Shown piece after piece: positions 49,915-58,151 of a stretch of DNA of 64,000 nucleotides. A program made the position numbers and the translations under genes. The stretch spans positions 156,633 to 220,632 of the forward strand of contig JAUWQV010000002.1 in assembly GCA_030610945.1 (NCBI GenBank), read 5' to 3'. The notes under the pieces were generated by a model. That model worked only from the letters and a program-made list of their open reading frames with translations. It was not told the DNA's origin and did not search any database. How positions within the stretch are numbered: position 1 is the stretch's first letter; every line of letters begins with the position of its first letter. The DNA comes from Methanocellales archaeon (GTDB lineage: Archaea > Halobacteriota > UBA148 > JAUWXC01).

Positions 49915-50937
49915 ATGGGCAAAAAAGTAGCTGTGATTAAAGGAGATGGCGTGGGACCAGAGCTCATCGATGCCGCACTCAAAGTCCTGGAGGTTACGAA
50001 TCCAGATATTGAGACTATCGTATGTGATGCTGGCATGGAGTGGTGGGAGAAACATGGAGGAGATTCACTGATTCCAGATGCGACGTGGGAAGTTCTCAGA
50101 GAAACGGATGCATGCTTCAAGGGACCGACTACTACGCCCGGCGGAGAGGGTACACCAAAAAGCGTGGCAGTTTCGATAAGGCAGGGGTTGAACCTGTATG
50201 CTAATGTTAGGCCCATCAAAACGTTTCCGAACACACCCAAGCCATTGGGGGATGTTAATTTCGTCTGCGTTCGAGAAGGGACTGAGGGGCTTTATTCCGG
50301 CCTCGAAACCAAGGAAGATGACACGTACATCGCCTTCAGAAAAATCACGAAATCCGCAAGTGAAAAAATCGCCAAATTTGCGTTTGAAGAGGCGAAACGC
50401 AGGGGCTGGAAGACGGTAGTAGTGATTCATAAGAGTAATATTCTCAAACTGACGTGTGGCGCATTTTTAGATGCAGTTAGAAGGGTAGGAGAAAGTTATC
50501 CAGATATAAAGATAGAGGAGTATCACATCGACAACATGGCGCAACAGCTCATCAAAAACCCCCAACTATTCAATAACAAGGTGCTTCTTTCTACCAACTT
50601 GTTTATGGATGTCCTCAGCGAGGAGTGCTCTGCCCTGGTAGGAAGCATTGGCCTGGTATATTCAGCAAACTTCGGTGACGACTATGCGATGTTCGAGCCG
50701 GCTCACGGTTCTGCACCCAAATATGCCGGAAAAGACAAGGTGAATCCCACGGCAACGATCCTTGCGGGCGCATGGATGCTGGAACATCTGGGCGAAAAAG
50801 AGGGCGCAAATGCAATATTCAGAGCAACGGAAGACGTTATCTCAGAGGGCAAGGTCACCTACGATTTGGGAGGAAAAGCAGCGCTCAGCGAGATGGCAGG
50901 CGAGATTGCAAAACGCACAGCAGATATATTAGGATGA
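49915..50937 (+). CDS. Isocitrate/isopropylmalate/homoisocitrate dehydrogenase family protein
   Basis: The ORF is about 340 aa with IKGDGVGPE, FKGPTTTPGG...SIRQGLNLYANVRP and EPAHGSAPKYAGK. The GPTTTP segment looks more like isocitrate dehydrogenase than IPMDH. Confidence 0.88.
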   Translation: MGKKVAVIKGDGVGPELIDAALKVLEVTNPDIETIVCDAGMEWWEKHGGDSLIPDATWEVLRETDACFKGPTTTPGGEGTPKSVAVSIRQGLNLYANVRPIKTFPNTPKPLGDVNFVCVREGTEGLYSGLETKEDDTYIAFRKITKSASEKIAKFAFEEAKRRGWKTVVVIHKSNILKLTCGAFLDAVRRVGESYPDIKIEEYHIDNMAQQLIKNPQLFNNKVLLSTNLFMDVLSEECSALVGSIGLVYSANFGDDYAMFEPAHGSAPKYAGKDKVNPTATILAGAWMLEHLGEKEGANAIFRATEDVISEGKVTYDLGGKAALSEMAGEIAKRTADILG

Positions 50938-51014
50938 TGTCTGTGGACCTAATATTATACTTTTTAGTATAATTTTAAATACAACGAGCGCCATATATAG
51001 CACAGGTGGTATTA

Positions 51015-51215
51015 ATGCATATATCAGGCGAAGTCAAAAAGTGGGGCAACTCACTTGGCTTAGTGATTCCCGTGAAAATAGCCCGAAAACTGAGGATAAA
51101 AGAGGGTGAGTCGGTAGACGTGGACATAAGAAAGAAAGCCAAGATAGACGGATTCAGGATATTCGCAGGAGCGAGACATTTCAGAGAGGAGAAAGAGCAT
51201 GAAGATCTCTGGTAA
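51015..51215 (+). CDS. vapB: AbrB/SpoVT-type antitoxin (VapB-like)
   Basis: The ORF shows GEVKKWGNSLGLVIPVKIARKL, the swapped-hairpin motif. It lies directly upstream of a PIN gene. The track start is a GTG at 51006. Confidence 0.8.
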   Translation: MHISGEVKKWGNSLGLVIPVKIARKLRIKEGESVDVDIRKKAKIDGFRIFAGARHFREEKEHEDLW

Positions 51216-51224
51216 GGCGGTTTC

Positions 51225-51614
51225 ATGAAATACGTCATCGACACTTATGCGTGGGTTGAATACTTTATTGGGAGTGGGAAAGGTCAAAAAGTAAAAAAGA
51301 TCATCCATGACAAAGGAAATGAGATAGTAACGCCAGAATGTTGCCTTGCAGAACTGAAAGGATGGTGTATGCGAGAAAGAAGAGATTTTGAGAGAGCGTA
51401 TTTAATCATTAGGAGCGATTCGGAAATAGAGTCAATTTATACAGAAGACTGGCTAGAGTCTGCCGAGATCAAACACGAAGTGCGGAGAAAAATAAAAGAT
51501 TTTGGATTGATTGACTCTACCATAGTCGCAAAACAGAGGAGACATGGGTGCACGGTTCTAAGCGGAGACAAACATTTCAAGACACTCAAAAACGTTGAAT
51601 ATGTAGGCGATTAA
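51225..51614 (+). CDS. vapC: PIN-domain ribonuclease toxin (VapC)
   Basis: The ORF is 129 aa with the N-terminal YVIDTYAW acidic residue, a central E, DSTIVA, and a C-terminal SGDKHF. Confidence 0.85.
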   Translation: MKYVIDTYAWVEYFIGSGKGQKVKKIIHDKGNEIVTPECCLAELKGWCMRERRDFERAYLIIRSDSEIESIYTEDWLESAEIKHEVRRKIKDFGLIDSTIVAKQRRHGCTVLSGDKHFKTLKNVEYVGD

Positions 51615-51615
51615 G

Positions 51616-52176
51616 TCATCCCCTATATTCAATCTCTAGGGGCTTTGGAGGCATGGGGAACATGCTCTTGAATTTTTCAGGGTCTTCGGCCGCTTCCTTT
51701 AATTGCTTTCTGGTTATGTCTAAAAGGTCTTCAAGATAAATCGTCTCCGTCGCCTTCTTCACGCCCTCTGCCAGTTTTTGTATCTTTTCAACGTCTTTCT
51801 TGACTTTTTTATAGTCGCAGTTACCAGGACAACACTTCTTGATGTTGTTCAACGCCGAGAGATGTTTCTTTATCTTTTGTTTATCCAAAGATGCAAGCTG
51901 CGCCTCCAAAGAGTGCTTAAGTTCCTCTGTTTTAATTTCCATAGAAACTGGCATCGGCTTCACACCATCTTTCGTAGCGAATATCACTGGAAAATTCCCT
52001 AAGTATTCGCCATATGCAATGTCTAAACTTTCCCTCGCCTCTCTGGAATACAAAACCTTGTCCGCAACGCACTTAGAATTTCGGCACATGGAGCAGTATC
52101 TCGTGAATTTTTCTGCTGCCTGGTAAAAGTCGATGGTGCCGCTCAGAGGTGATTCCGCCCTCATTTCTAAGGTCAT
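51616..52176 (-). CDS. Hypothetical Cys-containing protein co-oriented with the upstream synthase gene
   Basis: The ORF is 186 aa and starts 2 nt after the upstream stop. It carries the motifs CSMCRNSKC and CCPGNCDYKK. I recognise no family. Confidence 0.5.
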   Translation of the reverse strand: MTLEMRAESPLSGTIDFYQAAEKFTRYCSMCRNSKCVADKVLYSREARESLDIAYGEYLGNFPVIFATKDGVKPMPVSMEIKTEELKHSLEAQLASLDKQKIKKHLSALNNIKKCCPGNCDYKKVKKDVEKIQKLAEGVKKATETIYLEDLLDITRKQLKEAAEDPEKFKSMFPMPPKPLEIEYRG

Positions 52177-52178
52177 AA

Positions 52179-53471
52179 CTACTCCCCCCTGGAGAGGTCA
52201 TCTTCCACGATGGGCGCGAACATGAAATACTTCTCAGTATATGCCTTAATCTCTTCATCGGATATGCACGAGCGCCTGCTCCCTTCTTCGTAAAGCCTTT
52301 GAATATCTCTATGGATGGTTTTTATGCGCGGGTCCTTTTTGTTAATCTTGGTTTTAACGCCCATCAACTCGGATAGCGCCTTCTCGACCTTCATCCGTAT
52401 GACTTCCGCACCGGATGTGTCACCGATTAATAGTTCGCGCTTTGCGCCGACCAGTTCCGGCGGAAACGGTTCGTATGTAAACGGATTTCTGATAACTCCA
52501 GCAGTATGAATGCCACTTTCATGGGCAAACACATTCTTGCCTACTACCGACTTGTTTCTTGGCACCCTGATTCCTACCTCGTCTTCCATATATCTCGCAA
52601 ATTTGACAAGATTTTTTAGATTGTATTTCTGGAATCCTTCGACCCTGTGTACCAAGAACAGCAGAACTTTTTCCAGTTCAGTATTTCCTGCCCTCTCCCC
52701 TATGCCCAGGAACGTCAAACTGGACCAGTTCGCACCGCACCAGTACCCTGCCATAGTATTTGCCATGCCAAACCCAAAATCATCATGCATATGCGTTTCT
52801 ATGTCTTTAACACCAACCTCTTTGAGCCGACTGATTATTTTGGGTATGCCATATGGTAAATCGACCTCTTGGAAAGGCAACCCCATATTTATGGTGTCGC
52901 AAATTCTGATGATTGCATCCGGTGCCCGGTCTATAATCTTTTTGACTAATGGAATGACAAAACCCTCTATATCTGCCCTTGTCGTGTCCTCGAGGTGGCA
53001 TCTGACGCGCAGGCCATGGTCAATGGCATAGTCCAAAGCATTTAGATACTTTTCCTCGGCTTCCTCTCTGCTCTTGAGTCTCATTTTATCGAATATGTGC
53101 ACATCAGAAACCGACATTAATATACCCGTCTCTTTTATACCGTCCATATTTATGGCTAAGTCTATGTCCTCTGGAACGGCCCTTGCCCATGCGGTCACCT
53201 CTGGAACTTCGTAGCTTTTATCCAGCATCGCTCTGGCTGCGACCTTATCCCTTTCGTTGAACAGGAACGTCTCGATTTTCTCAATTCCAATCTCGTGTAA
53301 AAATTCGTAGATTTGTAATTTGTGTTCTTTTTTGAGCACGATGCCTGGCATCTGGGCACCATCCCGTATGGTACTGTCACTTATCTTTGCCTCCATATTA
53401 TGAGGCAATTTTATCTTGGGCATCTCCTCGTACGTACGATACATCACATCATCTAATCGTGGAATGCACAT
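52179..53471 (-). CDS. HMGL-like domain protein of the homocitrate/isopropylmalate/citramalate (or Re-citrate) synthase family
   Basis: The 430-aa ORF has a TIM-barrel region in which [11 protein letters not shown] replaces the canonical DTTLRDGEQ. It also has HMHDDFG and HESGIH metal and active-site motifs. Confidence 0.8.
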   Translation of the reverse strand: MCIPRLDDVMYRTYEEMPKIKLPHNMEAKISDSTIRDGAQMPGIVLKKEHKLQIYEFLHEIGIEKIETFLFNERDKVAARAMLDKSYEVPEVTAWARAVPEDIDLAINMDGIKETGILMSVSDVHIFDKMRLKSREEAEEKYLNALDYAIDHGLRVRCHLEDTTRADIEGFVIPLVKKIIDRAPDAIIRICDTINMGLPFQEVDLPYGIPKIISRLKEVGVKDIETHMHDDFGFGMANTMAGYWCGANWSSLTFLGIGERAGNTELEKVLLFLVHRVEGFQKYNLKNLVKFARYMEDEVGIRVPRNKSVVGKNVFAHESGIHTAGVIRNPFTYEPFPPELVGAKRELLIGDTSGAEVIRMKVEKALSELMGVKTKINKKDPRIKTIHRDIQRLYEEGSRRSCISDEEIKAYTEKYFMFAPIVEDDLSRGE

Positions 53472-53507
53472 AAAATTAACTATGAGAAGGGGCTAGATGA
53501 AAGAGCA

Positions 53508-54029
53508 ATGAAAAGAATCGTCGTTCTTCGTCTCGGACATCGCCCGTTTCGCGACCAGAGGATGACGACACATGTCGCCCTGGCAGCGCGAGCCCTCGGT
53601 GCAGAGGGCATATTACTCACTTCTGGCGATAAATCCATAGAACAGAATGTAGATGACGTCACGAAACGATGGGGGGGCGAGTTTTATGTCAGGGAGGGTG
53701 TTAATTGGAAAAGAGAAATCAAGACATGGAAGGATAGTGGCGGGAAGGTCTGCCATCTCACGATGTATGGGATTAATTTGCCCGATGTAATCGATGAGAT
53801 CAAAGATGCGGAAAAACTTATGGTCATTGTTGGCGCGGAAAAGGTCCCGGCAGAAGTATACGACCTGGCAGACTGGAACGTTGCCATTGGTCAGCAACCA
53901 CACTCCGAAGTGGCAGCGCTGGCAATTTTCCTTGACAGGTTGCAGGAAGGAGAAGAATTAAAACGTAGTTTTAAGAGAGGATTGAAGATTATTCCCCAGA
54001 GAAAAGGCAAGTGCGTAAAGAGGGGTTAA
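53508..54029 (+). CDS. trm56: tRNA (cytidine56-2'-O)-methyltransferase aTrm56 (SPOUT)
   Basis: The ORF is 173 aa. [28 protein letters not shown] is the Trm56 signature. Confidence 0.9.
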   Translation: MKRIVVLRLGHRPFRDQRMTTHVALAARALGAEGILLTSGDKSIEQNVDDVTKRWGGEFYVREGVNWKREIKTWKDSGGKVCHLTMYGINLPDVIDEIKDAEKLMVIVGAEKVPAEVYDLADWNVAIGQQPHSEVAALAIFLDRLQEGEELKRSFKRGLKIIPQRKGKCVKRG

Positions 54030-54116
54030 ATGAAGGCTGTACACATGGCGATGAAAAATGCGCTTTTGATTAAACACGCTGGGCAAGTTTAAAGTCCTTC
54101 GAGCGCGTTATTAATA

Positions 54117-54647
54117 ATGGTGACAAGTTTGGCACGATTGAAAGATGCAGTTGCCAGGGCATATCTTACAAAATTAATCGGTGAAGATGGCCTCACTATG
54201 GTCAACAAGGCACCGAAAGGCGAGATGCCCGATGAAAAAGTGGCAGAGTCAACGGGTATAGCTCTAAACACGGTGAGGCGGGCGCTGTACATTCTGTATG
54301 AAAACGGATTAGCATCGTATCGCAGGGAGAGGGATAAGGACAGTGGATGGCTAACCTACCTATGGCAGATCGATTTGAGCAATATATACGATGTTTTAGA
54401 TGCAGAGATGCAAAAGCTGTTAAAAAATCTCCAGAAACGATTGGATGCTGAAAAAGACAACATGTTTTACGCGTGCGTTGATGGTTGTGGACGATTTTTA
54501 TTTACCCTAGCGGCAGAAACTAATTTCGTTTGCCCGATTTGTGGAGCAACACTTGAATACCAGGATAACATCGAACTCGTTGAAGTGCTTGAAAAGAGGG
54601 TCAACGAAATACAAAAATGCGTGCGCACTACACAGGGCGCACAATGA
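54117..54647 (+). CDS. tfe: Transcription factor E alpha subunit
   Basis: The ORF is 176 aa with a winged helix (DEKVAESTGIALNTVRRALYILYENGL), WLTYLW, and a Zn ribbon (CVDGCG...CPICG). Confidence 0.85.
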   Translation: MVTSLARLKDAVARAYLTKLIGEDGLTMVNKAPKGEMPDEKVAESTGIALNTVRRALYILYENGLASYRRERDKDSGWLTYLWQIDLSNIYDVLDAEMQKLLKNLQKRLDAEKDNMFYACVDGCGRFLFTLAAETNFVCPICGATLEYQDNIELVEVLEKRVNEIQKCVRTTQGAQ

Positions 54648-54969
54648 TATTCTCGCCCTCCAACCATACCTTCACGTTGTTTTTTCCTTTGAGTATCGCA
54701 TTTTCTATTTCAATAGGGATGCCAACCACCCTGCGCCCGCCAGACTGAGTCAGCTTGCGCTCGAAGACGATGGAGGGTTGCTTAAATTTCTGCCATATCT
54801 CATCGATGTTCTCATCTGACTCCGGGTCAAAGTATATTTCGCCGCATTTTGGACAAATTTCGCCTGACAGGTTGACTATGACGAGTGTTCTGCCCCCGAT
54901 GGGCGCTGTGAAAGTCAAATCACTGGATTCGTCAACGTTTGCGCCGCATATCTGGCATGCATATCTCAT
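54628..54969 (-). CDS. YgiT/MqsA-type zinc-finger protein fused to an AbrB/SpoVT-like domain (antitoxin candidate)
   Basis: The ORF is 113 aa with CQICG...CPKCGEIYF, the YgiT pattern. The C-terminal GGRRVVGIPIEIENAILKG is a swapped-hairpin pattern. Confidence 0.6.
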   Translation of the reverse strand: MRYACQICGANVDESSDLTFTAPIGGRTLVIVNLSGEICPKCGEIYFDPESDENIDEIWQKFKQPSIVFERKLTQSGGRRVVGIPIEIENAILKGKNNVKVWLEGENIIVRPV

Positions 54970-55127
54970 GATTCCTCCAGCGTTATTAGCAGCAGGTTAT
55001 TTCGAACAGAAAACTTGAGCTTGACGTCCTCAGCGCTCACGCCCTCTTCCAGCATCCTGAGCTTGGCGCGCCCTGATATTCTGTAATTCCGTGATTTCCA
55101 TAGCTCCAGTGCTTGTGCTCTATCCAT
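54966..55127 (-). CDS. 53-aa mini-ORF with a DUF4258-like N-terminal motif (possible truncated toxin), not in the ORF track
   Basis: Hand translation gives MDRAQALELWKSRNYRISGRAKLRMLEEGVSAEDVKLKFSVRNNLLLITLEES. Its stop overlaps the downstream ATG (ATGA). The segment RISGRAKLRMLEEGVSAEDV resembles the DUF4258 HAxxRMxERGI motif. Confidence 0.4.
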   Translation of the reverse strand: MDRAQALELWKSRNYRISGRAKLRMLEEGVSAEDVKLKFSVRNNLLLITLEES

Positions 55128-55150
55128 TTTTACTCTCTTACTCTTTAATC

Positions 55151-55169
55151 ACTCTTATGATATAAGAGT
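55151..55169. promoter_or_regulatory. Perfect palindrome ACTCTTAT-GAT-ATAAGAGT in a divergent intergenic region
   Basis: The arms are 8 bp with a 3-nt spacer. The palindrome sits about 25-40 nt upstream of the mini-ORF start, so it is a plausible operator or TATA overlap. Confidence 0.4.
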
Positions 55170-55213
55170 TTTGGAAGAACAAGTTTAATAGCCCCTATGA
55201 ATGGTTTAATTCT

Positions 55214-55702
55214 GTGAAAAAAGAAGACGCCATCAATATGCTGAGAAAAGCGGGCTGCTCGGAGAAAGTAATCGACCATTGCGTAGCAGTCGCAGGACTC
55301 GCAAGCGAATTAGCCAAGCGTCATGATGCAGATCATAACCTAGTCACGACGGCTGCTCTACTTCACGACATCGGAAGGGGAAAAACGCACGGCATTGACC
55401 ATGCAGTGGTCGGTGCAGAGATTGCAAGGGATTTTGGCCTCGATGAGAGGATTGCTAAAATCATAGAGCGTCACATAGGTGCCGGGATCCCAGCCGACGA
55501 AGCCCGGAAATTGGGTTTGCCCAAAAAAGATTATGTACCCAAAACACTCGAGGAGAAAATCGTCGCGCACGCCGACAATCTCGTGATGGGTACCAAGAAG
55601 GTGTCCATCGACGAAGTAATCAAAAATATGCAGAAGACATTAGGAAAACGGCATCCAGCGATTCAACGAATGAGAAAACTTCATGCAGAATTATGCCAGT
55701 AA
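55214..55702 (+). CDS. HD-domain phosphohydrolase (TIGR00295-like)
   Basis: The 162-aa ORF starts at a GTG and shows ALLHDIGRGKTHGIDHAVVGAEIA and IIERHIGAGI. Confidence 0.85.
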   Translation: MKKEDAINMLRKAGCSEKVIDHCVAVAGLASELAKRHDADHNLVTTAALLHDIGRGKTHGIDHAVVGAEIARDFGLDERIAKIIERHIGAGIPADEARKLGLPKKDYVPKTLEEKIVAHADNLVMGTKKVSIDEVIKNMQKTLGKRHPAIQRMRKLHAELCQ

Positions 55703-55708
55703 TGTATA

Positions 55709-56212
55709 TCAGTAGACGGTAACGCTTTTTACAGACGATATCTTCATCAGCGCGTCCACGAGCGTTCCGGGAACTTTCGTATCCGTGATTATCGTGAGTT
55801 TCGGGTCATCCGTGAAATATGGGTCATCTGTTATAGCCTGCCGGATGCTGACACCATGCTTTGCAACAATAGTGGCGACGTTGCCCAGTATGCCTTTTTC
55901 CCTGGCATCGGTGGGAGTGATGACTATGACGCCAAGGTCGAGCGCCGGTGCGACGTCCCTCAAAAAAGCTACTGACTTTATGTTCTGAAGCACTTTTTTG
56001 AGCACGTCATCGCTCAACACCAATTCGGCCGTTGCATCAACGACCCTCCTGTCTACACCGACTTCTTTTGCAATCTGCGTGTGCGGGATTTCGATGCTAC
56101 CGGAAACCACCTTGCCCTTGGAATTTACCTGAAAACCACGCTCGATGAGGAGGCGAATCACTTTTTCTTGTGCAGGAAACTTGCTGAATTTTTCTATAAT
56201 TTTGGTCCACAT
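55709..56212 (-). CDS. ACT-domain regulator of amino-acid metabolism (COG2150-like)
   Basis: The likely start is MWTKIIEKF at 56212. It has an N-terminal wHTH-like part and a C-terminal ACT-like part (LGVIVITPTDAREKGILGNVATIVAKHGVSIRQ). Confidence 0.7.
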   Translation of the reverse strand: MWTKIIEKFSKFPAQEKVIRLLIERGFQVNSKGKVVSGSIEIPHTQIAKEVGVDRRVVDATAELVLSDDVLKKVLQNIKSVAFLRDVAPALDLGVIVITPTDAREKGILGNVATIVAKHGVSIRQAITDDPYFTDDPKLTIITDTKVPGTLVDALMKISSVKSVTVY

Positions 56213-56322
56213 ATCAACTTCACCGCTCAAAGATATACATTGAAGTCCCTGTACAAAGGTTTTGTGCGAGATGATAATTCTATGCACCCAAATCTTTATA
56301 TTTGAGAAAATGTCAATAGATA

Positions 56323-56568
56323 ATGGTAAAAATGGCAATAAAAACTGCCGAGATTGGGGGGAATGGGAGGGTTGTAATACCCAAAAATGTCAGAGAGGAC
56401 CTTGGTGTTAAGAAGGGCGACACACTATTATTTGAGAATATTTCAAAGGGAGAATTGCGGGTCAAGGTAATAAGGGGCGAGGACCCTTTTTTTAGAATTA
56501 TCCGCAATCCAAAAAAGGGCAAGGCGATTAAACCCTCTAAGCTGAAAGAGGAGCTCTGGTCAGGATGA
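56323..56568 (+). CDS. vapB: AbrB/SpoVT-type antitoxin (VapB-like)
   Basis: The ORF is 81 aa with GGNGRVVIPKNVREDLGVKKGD. It overlaps the PIN gene by 4 nt. Confidence 0.8.
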   Translation: MVKMAIKTAEIGGNGRVVIPKNVREDLGVKKGDTLLFENISKGELRVKVIRGEDPFFRIIRNPKKGKAIKPSKLKEELWSG

Positions 56569-56966
56569 TCTTCGTAGACTCCAACATTTTCATGTTCGCC
56601 AGCGACGAAAACTATCCTGAACACATGAATGCGAAGGGCTTTTTTGAAGAAAAAAGGGAAAAACTCTGTTTTAATACCATCATCGCCCTCGAATCCCATT
56701 ATGGATATCTAAGAAACTTGGGCGCAGAGGAGGCAGAAGTCAGGCTGAAGGCCATGCTAGGATCCAGGCTTCTCAAGTATTATGCCATAACCGAAGGAGA
56801 TTTGATTAAGGGGGCGGAGATCTCCCGGAGATATGACATAAAAACGAATGATGCCACAATAATTGCAAACATGCTGAGGAATGACATTGACAGGATAGCC
56901 ACAGACAACGTAAAGGATTTCAGCAAACATCCCAAGGTTAAGGTAACTAATCCCATCGAGCGGTAG
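56565..56966 (+). CDS. vapC: PIN-domain ribonuclease toxin (VapC)
   Basis: The ORF is 133 aa with an MIFVDSNIF acidic start, NDATIIA, and a C-terminal TDNVKDF. Confidence 0.85.
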   Translation: MIFVDSNIFMFASDENYPEHMNAKGFFEEKREKLCFNTIIALESHYGYLRNLGAEEAEVRLKAMLGSRLLKYYAITEGDLIKGAEISRRYDIKTNDATIIANMLRNDIDRIATDNVKDFSKHPKVKVTNPIER

Positions 56967-56995
56967 TTGATTTCGTCAGTAAAAATATGGACATT

Positions 56996-57577
56996 TTAAA
57001 GCTCAGATAGGGTGAAACAAGTTTTCTCATCATATTTCACGTTCCACAGATCGAATACCTCTCTAAAAGAGTCGGAATGTTCTACGGGAACCATGATGAC
57101 ACCTCTCCCTAAATAAACACCCCCGTATTTCTCTACCAATCCCTCTCCACTTTTTCTGCCCTTTAGGGTGTAGGTTAGTCTGACCTTTTCAGAGGCGGAG
57201 AGACCCTCCAATGAGTATGAGAAAATAACCACCGATCTCATACCAAGAAGCTCTGAGATGGGGCTGTTTCTTAAGACTGAGTAACCCTCATGAAAAATGG
57301 CCCTCCAAATTGGCTCTCCTTCAAATAGAGACTCTAAAGAAGAATACGTTACGTGGAATCTTTCTCCAAGAATGTTGCTCAGGTCTTTTACAATTTCTAT
57401 TCTTTCCTCTGGGGTTTTGGTGTGTCCAATTACGCAGACATCGATGTCTCTATACCTCTCCCCCCTAATGAAAGAGCCAAAGACAACTATGTCTATTAAA
57501 TCGTTATCTTCGACGAGTCTTTCAATCTTCCTTAAATCCAATGAGTTCCTTTGCCTTAAGAATTCCTTTTCTAACAT
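56996..57577 (-). CDS. Minimal nucleotidyltransferase (MNT) domain protein with an extra C-terminal domain of about 95 aa
   Basis: It has a GS...D.D motif (VVFGSFIRGERYRDIDVCVI). The C-terminal half (VVIFSYSLEGLSASEKVRLTYTLKGRK...) is not part of standard MNT. Confidence 0.7.
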   Translation of the reverse strand: MLEKEFLRQRNSLDLRKIERLVEDNDLIDIVVFGSFIRGERYRDIDVCVIGHTKTPEERIEIVKDLSNILGERFHVTYSSLESLFEGEPIWRAIFHEGYSVLRNSPISELLGMRSVVIFSYSLEGLSASEKVRLTYTLKGRKSGEGLVEKYGGVYLGRGVIMVPVEHSDSFREVFDLWNVKYDEKTCFTLSEL

Positions 57578-57857
57578 AGCTCACGTCCTCTTCAGAGACG
57601 AACTCATCATACGTCTTGGTATAGAATGTGAAGATGTCGTCATACACCCCATATAGCTCTGGTAGATGTCTTCTCAGCATCCTAAACCTCTGAGTGTGAT
57701 TTCCCGCCATCCTGCCAGTTTTCTTCAGTAGCGCATGATCGCACAGTTCAACCAAGGCTTTGAAATAGTTGCTTATCGCAACCCGAAGAGCCTTCTCACT
57801 ATATGCTCTTTCTCCCCACTCGTAAAACTCCTTGAAAGCCTCTTCCTGGATCGTCAT
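57522..57857 (-). CDS. HEPN-like domain protein
   Basis: The 111-aa ORF is all-helical with an R-x4-6-H-like segment (RFRMLRRH). It is adjacent to the MNT gene. Confidence 0.6.
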   Translation of the reverse strand: MTIQEEAFKEFYEWGERAYSEKALRVAISNYFKALVELCDHALLKKTGRMAGNHTQRFRMLRRHLPELYGVYDDIFTFYTKTYDEFVSEEDVSYVRKGILKAKELIGFKED

Positions 57858-57880
57858 CCTACTATCCTATTTCTGTTAAT

Positions 57881-57966
57881 ATGTTAACATTAAGGATTTA
57901 TAAACCTTTCTATGTTAATATAATAACAATGGTCGGATGTAGTGGCATCTACGTTAACATGTTAAC
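57881..57966. promoter_or_regulatory. GTTAAC-centred palindromes in the divergent region between the HEPN/MNT genes and the cytochrome gene
   Basis: ATGTTAACAT lies at 57881-57890, a half-site TATGTTAATA at 57911-57920, and a perfect 14-bp GTTAACATGTTAAC at 57953-57966. Confidence 0.4.
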
Positions 57967-58151
57967 AAAGAACGAGGTTAAAGTGCCTTATCTCCCATAA
58001 TCCTTAATAACTCTTATATAGCATTTTACTTAATAACTTATAATTAACTTATATTACATAGAGGGGGCATAATAGAGGGGGGACATAACGACAGAGAGCG
58101 AGTGTCCTGACCCTATTTCACCATCGAATAACAGGCCAAATAGCAGAGGGG

